A program made the position numbers and the translations under genes. From Trichoplax adhaerens (Eukaryota; Animalia; Placozoa), in contig NW_002060944.1 of the NCBI RefSeq assembly GCF_000150275.1, positions 4,530,123-4,594,122 on the forward strand: a stretch of DNA of 64,000 bases, read 5' to 3'. Of this stretch, positions 51,385-64,000 are shown piece by piece. The notes beneath the pieces were generated by a model. That model saw nothing but the letters and a program-made list of their open reading frames with translations, was not told where the DNA came from and made no database searches. Within the stretch, counting starts at the first letter, position 1. Every line of letters starts with the position of its first letter.

Positions 51385-51590
51385 GCCGTCCAGTACCGTG
51401 CAGTACGTCACTGAGCTTTACAGTGTACAGTACTTTACACTGTAAAGGAGTGAGCAGTGTAAAAGTCTCCTACAGCTAGTATTTATACCGCTCAGTATGA
51501 GAGCTGTATTCCCTCTTCAGCTAGTACCCAATTCATTGGACTACAGTACAGTGCAGTCTCCAAGGCTACTGTAGCTAGTATACTGTAGCC
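51385..51590. promoter_or_regulatory. ACAGT-rich island in the CHCHD5-like/ATP13A1 bidirectional promoter
   Basis: Head-to-head ATGs at 51290 (-) and 52048 (+), about 760 bp apart; dense cagtac/tacagt/tactgta motifs. Confidence 0.55.
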
Positions 51591-51640
51591 TTGACCAGAA
51601 GCCCCTGTGTGAAGATGCTGCTGCAAACTGATGTGTAACA

Positions 51641-51940
51641 CGTGTTTCCTTCAGTCAACCAGTGGCCAGTGGTCAGTCACTGGTCAGGGACGGCTGCAGC
51701 CGGGCTTGGACGCATAGACGACGGGACAGTCCTTCCAATTGCGTGTTTCCTTCAGTCAACCACTAGTGGTCAGCGGTCAGGGACTGCTGAAGCCGGCCTT
51801 GGACGCATAGACGACGGGACAGTCCTGCCAATTGCGTGTTTCCTTCAGTCAACCAGTTACTAGTGGTCACTGGTCACTGGTCAGGCACTGCTGAAGCCGG
51901 GCTTGGACGCATAGACGACGGGACAGTCCTGCCAATTGCG
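51641..51940. repeat. GC-rich minisatellite, 3 copies of about 93-105 bp
   Basis: cgtgtttccttcagtcaacc...ggtca...gccgggcttggacgcatagacgacgggacagtcct.ccaattg at 51641, 51742 and 51835. Confidence 0.95.
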
Positions 51941-52047
51941 AGTGCAAGGCATCGGTATCATCACTCCGATGCAGTACAAATAAGGACAGTATTGATCACT
52001 GACTATTGAATGAGCCTATCAGTTGAATCCGTTGTCAGTCATTCAAC

Positions 52048-55000
52048 ATGGCTTCCAAGGCTAGTGAAATGCCAGTCAGTGATGATATCCAATATATTCG
52101 CTTATATATACCACGACAAGTCTATTTACATGGTTATGTGGCTCCTTTTTTAATATTCTACATGATCTGGCTTTATGTCTGGCTGGTAATGTATGGCGTT
52201 CAAGAGTATTTTGAAGCTGGATTGATAGCTGTTGCCGGAATTGGCATTTTGCAAATTTTAACTTGCTTGTCTTGTTTTTGGTCAGTCCATGTTCGATGTG
52301 CCCTCACCTGTAAATCGGTAACCATTCTATTTTCCAACTAGATGGAATGGATAAGTTAGTTCAGTAATGCATTTCTTACGGTAGAATCTGCAGCCCTGCT
52401 AAAATAAATTCTTTCAGTCATATTGTAATATCTACGCGTGCTATCGATCCAAGCAGTTGATTTACTGTATTCGTATTATATTGTACATTATAATTAATGA
52501 TTCAAGTGAAAGTAGTAAAAATCATATATTGTGTCTTAATAATTTACACTTACTCTACGTCAGCTACGTATACGTGTTTATAATATCAACAGTATGTGAT
52601 GGTAATAACAGTTGTTAAGCCTAGCTTAAAGTACAGTAGGACTAACATTTTGTATGTAGCGAGATGATGTGTAGAGTTTTTCAAGCTAATGATGATACAT
52701 ACAGTCTTGATCCATCCCAGACAGCCTCTGATTTACATATACATACTGTATATTGAAAGGTATTGGATGTCCATCAAGCAACTGTCGCTAAAGTGGTTCC
52801 AACTCCGAATAATGGTTATCCAGAAATTGTCAAAATACATCATGATAAGGTAGAAAGAGATCTTCAATTGCTGAATAAATAGGCATCTGATTATTTTAAG
52901 TCATCTTATTTTCTTAGTATAAAAAAATTGGATAGTAACATCAAAGTATTGGTAGGCTCCTATTTTAAATTGATCTTGCATCTGACACATTGGCATATGA
53001 CGCAAGCATCCTTCAGTGCTCGACATTGCACATTTTACTATCAATAAATACCTTAGTGTAAACTTCAGTACGCGTACAGTACGAGTATGGCTGATAACAA
53101 GAATAATAAACATTACTATCAAGTCATAACGATTTAAAAGGACATCGATTGCAATTGGAACTTAATAATTATATAATTTATATAATTTATTTAATGGGAT
53201 TTCAAAGTCAATGATTATCAGCTATACTTTGTTAAGCGTTGTAGATTTTAAAATCCGTACTAGCCAGCTTTTGCGGATTTAATTTAGCTCTGAGTTTGCT
53301 TGTGCAATTTCACAACATCGGCGATTAAATAAACTATATTACTTTTTTATAGGATGAAGATTCCAATCGTTCCATAATATGGTTCTCTTTTCAAAAGACC
53401 AAATATTTATACGATGCTGAGGAAAAGAAACAGTTTCATAGTGTTCCCTTTCCTGTAGATCGTAAAATGCACTTCTATAAGAATTGGAAAGGCTTCAATG
53501 AAGTCCATGAAATTGAACATACTAATCGGATATTTGGAGACAACAAGTTAGTATTTACGCACTAAATTATTCATTTTTGTAACTTAGAGTAAATATTTCA
53601 ACAGTTTTATCATGTTTTGTTTACTATGCTGATGCGATATAAACTATAGTTTATACTTTTCCTTGTTACTATGTTATTTTCATATAAACTAGCCTAGAAT
53701 TGATCCAACAATTGCAAAATGGAATGATTTGTTTTAAATAATTACAATCTGACCGATATATAATCAACGAAATATTTTACTATATAGGCTAGAGTTGATA
53801 GTACCAGAATTTTCGGAATTATTTAAAGAACGAGCAACTGCGCCGTTTTTTGTCTTTCAAGTATTTTGCGTTGCTCTCTGGTGCCTAGATGAATATTGGT
53901 ATTACAGTATATTTACCTTGGCTATGCTTGTTATGTTTGAGGCTACCCTTGTGCAGCAGGTAACGACATCATCCAACTATTCGTCCATTGTTATCATCAA
54001 TTTATGATGTATATCCTACAGTATATATACAAGTATTAATATAATGTGCTATTTTTTATCTAGCAATTACGGAATCTTCGTGAAATTCGTAATATGGGAT
54101 CAAAGCCTTACATGATTAATGTATTTCGTCAACGCAAGTGGCGATTAATATCAAGCAGTGAATTAGTGCCTGGAGATATATGTTCAATTGGTAGCGTTAA
54201 AATTATTACCTTGGACGTTAACTCCAATAATAATTTGATATTAGTATACCGACTGTACTGTTAGGTAATTAATTTAAGGTACTATTATATCGTTTATTCA
54301 TAGTGCGCTATAGCGATGATCGTACAATTCCTTGTGATATGCTACTACTGCGTGGACCTTGCATCGTTGATGAAGCTATGCTTACTGGTGAATCTGTGCC
54401 CCAAATGAAGGTAAACTTTTTTCCTTCTCGGTATACAAATCAAGTACTTTTACATTACTTTTGTAATACCAGTATAAGTACAGTTTCGAATTAACTGTGT
54501 TTATCTACGAAAACTGAAATTGTTAATTTCTTATTTTTTTAATGCACTATGTTGCACTAGAATTGAGTCCTATCAACGCTATCGTATCGTATTCGATCCT
54601 TAATTTCTACTTCTACTGCTCACTATATTTGATCTTTATAGGAACCTGTAGAAGATATTGAAGATTCGATATATCTTGATCCTACTCAACATAGTAAATT
54701 ACATATTTTATTTGGAGGGACGAAAGTAGTACAACATACGCCACCTCCTAAAAATAGCAATGGAATACGATCTAGCGACAACGGCTGCATCGCCTACGTA
54801 TTGCGCACTGGATTTCATACATCCCAGGTACCAGATAATATTCGAGTAATATGTATTCTGCAGTAGAATGACAGTGATTTATATGCTTTATTATTAATCT
54901 ACTTCTATTTGATGTAATCGTATAGGGAAAACTACTGCGTACTATCTTGTATGGTGTGAAACGAGTGACTGCCAATAACTTAGAAACGTTCTGCTTCATT

Positions 55001-58000
55001 CTTTTCTTATTAATTTTTGCTATTGCTGCGGCTGCGTACGTTTGGATTAAAGGTAAAATTACATATAGCTATCTCAGTATACATCGATTGTAGGATATCC
55101 TATCCGACTTATCAAACATTATTGAGGGTGTAAAATTTTATAAATAGGAACAGAAGATCCTTCTCGTAACAGATATAAGCTTTTCCTGGAGTGTACGTTT
55201 ATATTAACTTCTGTTGTACCGCCCGAATTACCAATAGAACTATCTCTTGCCGTTAACAGCTCTTTAATGTCACTTATTAAGCTTGGTAAGACAAGGATAA
55301 CTACAATTCTAAACTGATACTATTAAATCTGATTTGAATATAGAAACCGGTCTTTGCATGTTTTTTTATTTGTCTTAGATGCTAATACTGATTATCTGCT
55401 TCCACAGGTATTTATTGCACTGAACCTTTCAGAATACCTTTTGCTGGAAAAATTGATGTCTGTTGTTTTGATAAAACTGGTACCTTAACAAGTGATAATT
55501 TGATTGTGACTGGCATCGCAGGCTTAAAGGAAGGTTGCAAATTGACAGAAATTTCGGAAGCTCCAATGGAAACTTTACGAATCCTTGGCACATGTCATTC
55601 TTTGGCAAAGCTTGACGAAACCTTTGTAGGTGATCCATTAGAGAAAGCAGCGTTGAAAGCTATTGACTGGTCATTTACTAAAGGTTAATTATAACATATT
55701 TTAATGCCAAAAATTTGATACCGAGTTAATAAACTATAAGTTTCTTATTAGATAATTTCTTTTATTAATAAACTAAATTAGATGATGTCGCCATTCCGAG
55801 GAAAGGATTTCGCCAAACATTACGTATTGTTCATAGATTTCATTTCTCTAGTGTTTTAAAGAGGATGTCAGTAATTTGTTCAATGCAAACTCCACAATCC
55901 AGTATTAGTAATTACATTGTAACAACTAAAGGAGCACCGGAAATCTTAAAAAGAATGGTACGATTTATTGCATTAAAAGTATTGATTATAAGTTCGCGGA
56001 TTTATGACATTTAATCCGAAATTGATTTATTTTTGTAATAAAGTTTAAAGAAGTCCCTAAAGATTACGATTCAGTACATGAAGAAATGGCCAGAAAAGGT
56101 GCTCGCATCTTAGCCTTAGGTTATAAAGAAATAGGCGAACTTACCAGCGTGCAATTGCGTGAGATGACTAGAGAACAAGCCGAAAACGAATTAATATTTG
56201 CAGGATTTGTAGTCATATCTTGTCCATTAAAATATGATTCAAAAGCCGTCATTAAAGATTTAAAGCACTCAAGTCACCATGTATGATAAAAAATTCTTTT
56301 GTTAACAGTACGCGTATAAGGTAGATTCTTTTGCATTCATTTGAATAAAACCTTTTGTATTCGTTCACTTTCAGCTAATTATGATCACTGGCGATAGTGC
56401 TTTGACCGCCTGCCATGTCGCTAAAGAATTAGAAATTGTGACAAAACCTACTCTTATTTTGAAGAAAACAAACAACGGTAACTCCAGCTATCTATTAATC
56501 ATGTAACATCCGGGATTACTGCTATCCTCATTTATTAGATATTAATCAAATTTTATGATGATAGATGATTGGTTGTGGCAATCAATCGATAGAACAATTA
56601 ATCTGCCTCTAATGGAAGTAGAAAAGAGGAACGAATTTGTATCGAAATACTGTTTATGTGTTACTGGAGAGGTAAGTTAAATTTAGTTTTAATTTATGTT
56701 ACGATTATATTTCTGTTGAATGCAATTGTCAAGATATAAAATTATTTATATATGTTTATTACAAATAAAATGCAGGGATTACCTGAAATTATTGCTACTA
56801 AAACTAGTAAGGGTAAGAGAACCCTATTTGAAACATTATTACCGTTTATACAAGTCTTCGCACGAATGGCTCCGAAACAAAAAGAAATTGTCATTACAAC
56901 ATTAAGAGAACGAGGCTTTATTACCTTAATGTGTGGAGATGGTACAAACGATGTAGGAGCGTTAAAACATGCTAATGTCGGTTAGTCATATAACGATTAT
57001 TAAATCAATCTTTTTATATTATACTAGTATCTGAAAATTGTCGTATAAATTAATGCATTCTTTCGTGGTTCACTGTAGGTGTTGCATTATTAACTCATGC
57101 TCCTCAACCAAAAGCTGCAACTAAGTTCGAGCTGTCAGGGAAAGATTTACCGGTAAGAAGCAAATACTTAGTTACACGAAGTTAATTAACTTTGATTACA
57201 GTTTGGATTTGTATTGAAATAGTTATAATATTGTTATTTGATAGATCGACAATGGCGATACTGATGAACTTAAGAAATCTCCACCATCCAATAAAAAATC
57301 TTTAATTGACAAAAGAACTAAAAGGCCCATTGAGCAATCAAAATCAAAAAATGACAAGCACAGTTCCGTTGAGGTAACTGGCTTATTAAGAAGCTTCTTA
57401 TAATGTGTCATATGCTCAAATATTTAATTAATAGATTCAATATTATTTTAGAAATCGGTTGCAAAGCTGTTAAAAGACATTGACGAAGGAGATCAACCAT
57501 CTGTTGTCAAACTTGGTGATGCATCTATTGCTTCCCCTTTCACATTCAAATTCTCATCTACTATCTGTAGTAAGAAATAATGTTTGCCTATATATATGAT
57601 GAATGATTTATTAAATGCTTAATTGTAAGAATTACTAAATAGATTTTCTCATTTTCACCCTTACAGCTACTCATATTATTCGCCAAGGTCGTTGTACCTT
57701 GGTGACAACGTTGCAAATGTTCAAGATTTTGGCTCTTAATGCGCTTGTTCTTGCTTACAGCCAAAGTGTTTTATATCTAGATGGAATTAAATTTAGTGAC
57801 AGGTGCTTACCGGGATCTGAAATATTTCCATTTCTAATAATGAATATAGATATCCTTATAGCTTATAAACTGTGTAAAATATTGAAATTAAGACCTATTA
57901 CCCATCGGTTATTCTTGTAGTCAAGCGACTTTGCAGGGTGTTTTGCTTGCTGGGTGTTTCTTGTTTATCTCTCGATCGAAGGTATACGCGTATGTTGTGG

Positions 58001-58900
58001 CTTTAATTATATCACCAATCTCTTATTAATTTCTTATATTATAATGGTCGGTTTAGCTATTAAAAACTTTTTATAACAGCGTATATCTATTGTTTTTTCG
58101 TTAGCCGTTGCATACTCTGTCAAAGCAAAGACCTTTGCCAAATATTTTCAACACTTATACTATTTTAACGGTATTGTCTCAATTTTTTGTGCACTTTACT
58201 TGTTTGGTATACCTGGTTCAAGAAGCTAAAGCTTTAGTTCCACCAAGGTATGAATAAAAGCTTTCCTATTTCAACATCGTTGTGATGACACAATAATTCA
58301 TATATATGATATAAATATTATAGAGAAGAAAAATTTGTGAATTTGGACGCAAAATTTGAACCGAATTTGATCAACTCTGTAGTATATTTGATATCAATAA
58401 CTTTACAAATTTCAACGTTTGCGGTGAATCACCGGGTATGATAAATATCTGTCTAATTATAAAGTTATTTTCTAATATATTAATGTGTAGCAACAAGTGT
58501 TAAAAAATATTTGGTGTAAGACGTTCGATATACTGAAAGCTTAAAATTTATGGAAATAATGCTTCTTAGGGTCACCCTTTTATGGCTAGCCTTACAGAGA
58601 ATAAGCCGCTACTCTACAGTATTCTTCTTTCATCAACTGTTATTGGGCTGATAGCGGTTGGATTAGCACCTGAATTAAGCTACCAATTTGAGATTGTAGA
58701 AATACCAGTTGAAGTAAGTGTGAATTATTTGGGTACTGTAATGACTTAATTTTCTCATAATATAATGCTTTTTATCCTGCATGTTATTTCAGTTACGAAA
58801 CAAATTGGCAAGTGTCCTAGTAGCTGATTTTATTTTAGCTTATGTTCTGGATAGTTGCTGCCAGTGGTTATTAGGCGAAGCTAAGCTCAAATGCAACTAA
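52048..58900 (+). CDS. ATP13A1: P5A-type ATPase (ER transmembrane-helix dislocase, Spf1 orthologue), about 21 exons
   Basis: [40 protein letters not shown]4 PPELPIELS (P5A type), FDKTGTLT phosphorylation motif, [24 protein letters not shown] and [15 protein letters not shown] at 58898-58900. Confidence 0.97.
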
Positions 58901-60811
58901 AGAAATTTCGTACTACATCTAGTTCATTATAACTTTTGTACAATATGCATCTAACAGAAATACATATACTCTAATTGCTGCAAATGATTACTATTAAGTA
59001 GATATGTTGTCTCGGTAATATTAAAAGAACGCTTCATTTTACGAATAATTAAATGTTCTATCCGACAGACATTCTGTACCTTTGTAGGCATAACCAATAA
59101 TTATAATCAAGATTTTGCGAATTCCCTGGTGCAACCTAGAAGTGCAAATGCAGATGACTGCTTGTTATGATAGTGAAAAGAATTCGAGACACTCAATTTT
59201 TCATAAAGTTCTTACATTATTTATTCGAATGTTTGCGTTATACGATATTGTCGAATGATTCACAGATACAACGCAATTTTTTTAAATCAACTTTACCTAT
59301 AAATATAGTAAAGGATATGGTAGTAGGCATCAATTAATTATAGTTATTGGATATGAGCTGCTTTAATCAATACATTTAAATATAACTCATTACTATAGTC
59401 TTGTCTAAGTCACTGCGTGACGACAAAACGAAAAACATTGCTGTAATGAGCTTGTAAAGAATTAGATATTGCGATATAATCATGATGAGTACGGTGATGA
59501 ATTGGTGTTTTTGAAAAAGTCTGTTAATATCTTACTCAATCTGAGAAAACTGACGAAAATAAAGCATTATAAATGTAAAGAGGTTCTTTATTTCATGTAA
59601 CTATCACCTAACAATAATTTGTATACTGTACATAAATAATCAAATAGGCTTTATTATGCCCCCCCCCCCGTACGATATGGATAACGTATTCGCAGCCATG
59701 ATAACCACTCGTTGCAGACGATTTTAAATTATTTATCACTGCATTACTTATAAGAATTGATGCCCATAAAGTTTTAAAACTAGATTTAGCAGCTTTGATA
59801 CCAGGGTACTATGTCAATGGATTCTCAACTCTATTACGTTAATGGCATATTTACACGAGACTTTCTAGATTATTTTACATATACCATTGCTGGGTACTCT
59901 TAATAAAACATGTGTATCACTGGCGTCTGAACAATCACTAGACTAAGGCTTGCTAAGTCATATAATTGATATAAATGCGGAATATGTGGTGGGTAATTTG
60001 TTAGTGAAGATACTATAGCTTGCATTTTATGATACTAAGCTCTCATAGAGAGCTAAATCATGATGCTCCTACAGCAGCAGGTCTTTTAACAATTCTTGTA
60101 CTAAACGATTATATATAATAGAGTATTACGGCAAGAAATGTTAAAGTTCATTAACTTAAAAGTTGAAAGCTCTCCCACTAAAAATGAAATAAATCACAGT
60201 TACCATAGTACGCAAGCATAAAATTGTACGGTGTCCACAAAGTGATAAAGGAGACTTTTAGATTGAAACAACTGATGATAAATTCTGTTGATACATGCTA
60301 TGCATTGATATGGATATCTTACGGGGACATTGTCTAGTGATATGTGATATCTATTATGCAAGTTATTACTTATATCTAATCTTGATAAAGCGAGAGCACT
60401 GAAGTCTGAAATCGCGCAGTAATTTCCGCTAAGAATCAACTTTTAAAAGTTATAAGACAGTTCTCATTCTTAATATAACGATCAATTTTGAGTACTACCC
60501 AACTTGATACGCTGTTATTAAGCTCTAAAATTAAATTTAAAACACTGTGATTATTAGTATCATTTTAGATTTTTATTACAAAGTTATGTATCTTCAACTA
60601 AGAGTAAACCCTAGAAAGTAGATAGACTCCATTATCAAAAGCTAAAGCAATAGCCGTGCGAGATTGGCGGGTATAAAATAATAATATATATATATTAACT
60701 TCACATACTTTAAAAAATCATGTAGAGAAGTCACAGTGTCGTTGTTAACATCATTTTAACTATTAATTAACTACTTAATATTACTCGATTGAATAGTTAC
60801 AGCGCTTCCGT

Positions 60812-60825
60812 GTCACCATGGTAAC
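60812..60825. promoter_or_regulatory. RFX X-box
   Basis: GTCACCATGGTAAC matches the X-box consensus GTNRCCATGGYAAC; an ETS-like CTTCCG is adjacent; about 930 bp upstream of the ATG at 61752. Confidence 0.65.
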
Positions 60826-61751
60826 GCATTCCCTTTCTCTTATTTACGTACTATCTACGTCTTACGTTACAGTATATATGAATTTAGTCAATACGATCTT
60901 GTTTCCTTTACATTGACGGAGGCATTTCTATAATATTATTATTTTATTAATTATTTGTAGCAAATAGACTATTGTAATAGTTATTAGTAGATTGATCAAC
61001 AAGTAATTTGAAGAATCATCGTTCGAAAGACTTTTGGACGATATTATACGATATTCATTTCTGAAAAAAAGCTATGATCGATAGGACCGAAAACGTCAGC
61101 GTTAGGCTTTAGAGCCGTAACCCTAAGATAACTTACAAGCAAGAATTAGGTAAGCTCTGATTCTTCTTATAATTTCTAGTGATGATTATTAGGTAATAAA
61201 TAGATAGTTATATGCGATACATGAATCAATTATCATATAACGTAAAATTTCGTACAAATGGCTGTCTATATGTAATACAGAATATCAAGAGATCTGTTCT
61301 TGAATACAATATTGCTGAATAATAACATTATATTGCTAGTCCTTCTATTCTAGAGTATACATTACCGTTTCAAAATTATAAAATCTAAATGTTACTTAAC
61401 GTAAATCCCTTGAAATATTATTACTTATATGCTATGATACATATAATAATTTTGTTCATAATCCTTACTGAACAACTTTAACAAATGATTCACCCCATAA
61501 TTATCAAAGTCCAAATAATGTTAGATAAATAGTAGAAGATTATTTGGTATGTCGTGAAATAAGATATTCTCCAATCTATAGCTATGTTACAGTCAATTAA
61601 ATGGATGTATGTTCTTAAATAAGGGTGATATATATAGCACATCTTTCGCTTATGAATTAAAAGATATTAGCATGTCTATAATAATTCTGCCGATAAAATT
61701 TATGTTCGGTAGATAATGGCTACGTAAGAATTACTAAATAAAATAAATACA

Positions 61752-63971
61752 ATGGGAACGATAGTATCAACGCAAAAAGATGGATTACGCTCGTTACCTA
61801 GTCATCGAACATTTCTATCGAGGTAAATAATATAACATAATATGTGTATAGCATCATAATACAGCGCACATCTAATTCTCTAAAGTAGGAAGGGGTTTAC
61901 TTTTCTGTCGATTTATAATGTTAAACTTCTATTTAATTTCAGCAATGCAATTGACTTTCAAAAAGAAATAACTAAAACATCATTTCCTCATTATCAGTAC
62001 AAAACAGGTAAAGAAGAGAGTAGGATATGTATTATTACTATTTTAAATAAGATTGTTAACAAACTCCACTTTTCTTTTTTATTTAAAAATTTTCATATTA
62101 GCTAACGAGGGCTACATTGCTCAAAAAACAAAATCGTTCGTAGCAAGATTACCACCTGTTGATCATCCAGTTCTTGATAACTTGAATCATTTTGATGATG
62201 ATTATGCAGCAATTCCCCCCAAAAATAAAGTTCATGTTACCTTTATTGATAACAAAAATACAGATCAAAATTTTAATCCAACAGCATCAGAATATCCCGC
62301 TGCAGTTAATAAAATTGCCTATAATACAGCGATAGAATTAAATGCACAGCGGTGGTATGGTGGCCAAGTTTTACAACCTTATACACCTAGTACAGCACAA
62401 CTTGAGTTAGGAAAGCGAATAAATGATGATTATGTACATCATAATAGTGATGGACTGGAAGGTGATCATTTGCATAGGACTGGTATAGCAAATGATGAGC
62501 TTAATAGATCATCAAAGGAAGATAAATTATTATACACGTATCTCAGGGGAGATGCAGTTCAACTTGAAAGGTTAGTCCAAAAAGTTCATCATATTTACTT
62601 TACACTCATGCCATCTATTACATTTTGTGATTTGTCTCGTTGTGTATTCTACAATGATACGTTAGTAACATTGAAATAATTTAATTTTGATCACTTATTG
62701 AATTTTTCTCGCTAATTTATTGCTGTTAGCAATTTATTAATTGTAATTATGACTAGATGTGGCTAATAAGAATAAGAGTAGTATCTTAATTAATCTAAAA
62801 TTTTGAAATTAATTTATTGTTGCTATTTATTTTGACAATTGAGATGAATTAAATAGTGTTTTATCACGTTATAGTCAACCAAGTAAAAGTCCTAATCTAA
62901 TTCAGCTTTTAGAGTAACATTTCTACTTAAGCAGTAGTGGATGTTTAAATTTTAAATAATAATGCTTTAATTTAGCAAATAATATAATTGTATACTGTAA
63001 TATGCTAATGAATCTATGCCATTTTTAACAGATATCCTAAGGGCAATATCATTAAGAGCAGAATTAATGAATACGCAAATGCTGTTAAAAACTTTAATTC
63101 TAGGTATTTCAATTTATTGTTTATAATGGATATAGATCTGTGAGAAAATTTTCAATAATAAACTAAATTAATTTCCTAATTATGCAAATCTATATCAATG
63201 GTAAATATAAAGTAAGCTAAAATCTCACCAGAATAACATAAACGGACAAGACTCTGACGAAAGCCCCAGAGATGGAATAAAAACCAAATTACTAACATTA
63301 GATGATTTAGAACCTGCTTATACAAGAGTAAATATATTAATTTTTAAAGTTTATTGATGAATATAGATTAACCGATATTTTTATTTTAATGCTAAACAAT
63401 AACATTTATCTAATGCACTTAATTTCAAATTTTTTATTATATCCAATAATTTAGGATATTATTTTAACTCCAAGAGTGTTGCAAAATGGCAGCAATCGAT
63501 CAGGATCACGAAGTAAAAATCGTCAAAGCAACAGTCAAGGGTCGGCAAGTCGTCGTAGTTCAGGTCGAATGGCAACAGCAGGAGAAGGCAGAAAAAACAT
63601 TAGAGGATATTCTACTAGAGATTCTGCGTCCAGATTAGGTAAAAATGATTATAAGCAATCATCACCTAAAACTGGTAGGAGAAGTCGAGCAGGATCCCCG
63701 TCTAAAGTTAATGGAGGCAGTCAGAAAGAATTAAGCCAATCGCCTGCCAGCAGACAAAATAATGATTCAGCAGCAAGTCATGAAAGTAGTCGAGAATCAT
63801 CTCCATATCGTAGAATTCGTTCCACATCTCCGGTTGGGAAGAGTAATATTGATCATACTACATCTAATAATAAATCATTACTACCTCGATCTAAGTTTAC
63901 TGAAAGTAACGAAGCTAGAAAATTAAGACATGAGACGTTAAAAATGTTGGCCGATGATAGTATTGCCTTAG
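61752..63971 (+). CDS. Unidentified multi-exon protein, N-terminal part (MGTIVS start, Ser/Arg-rich disordered region); continues beyond the window
   Basis: GT-AG exons in phase: 61752-61822, 61943-62007, 62102-62570, 63032-63103, 63213-63327 and 63455-63971. They include the 208-aa and 167-aa ORFs of the track. Confidence 0.75.
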
Positions 63972-64000
63972 GTAAATAGCATTAGCTGATCTGTAGATTA

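Noticed and set aside
61005-61100. Hammerhead/Penelope-like motifs (ttgaaga..cgaaag; ctgaaaa..ccgaaaacgtc)
   Set aside because: The CUGANGA core and stem II are not satisfied, and no reverse transcriptase is nearby.

Overview
AT-rich, gene-dense, intron-rich animal genomic DNA. Compact GT-AG introns, little apparent CpG depletion and the metazoan gene set suggest a placozoan such as Trichoplax, but this is inference only. Most short ORFs in the supplied track are spurious or single exons. Hand-built spliced models, in order: 5' end of an ABHD16A-like lipase (-); two minisatellites; a degraded rhodopsin-type GPCR (-); an 88-aa secreted prepropeptide with a six-cysteine knottin-like C-terminus that the ORF track misses (-); SNRNP35 (+); an intronless peptide-receptor-like GPCR (-); ATF6 (+), with a candidate spliced antisense gene nested in its first intron; PBX/extradenticle (-); glomulin (+); a CHCHD5-like twin-CX9C protein (-) head-to-head with the P5A ATPase ATP13A1 (+); and the start of an unidentified, putatively myristoylated Ser/Arg-rich protein with an RFX X-box upstream (+). 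A recurrent non-coding pattern is also present: dense TACAGTA/TACTGTA islands at gene 5' ends, four of five lying next to a locus-specific minisatellite. All gene identities come from recalled family motifs, not database searches.
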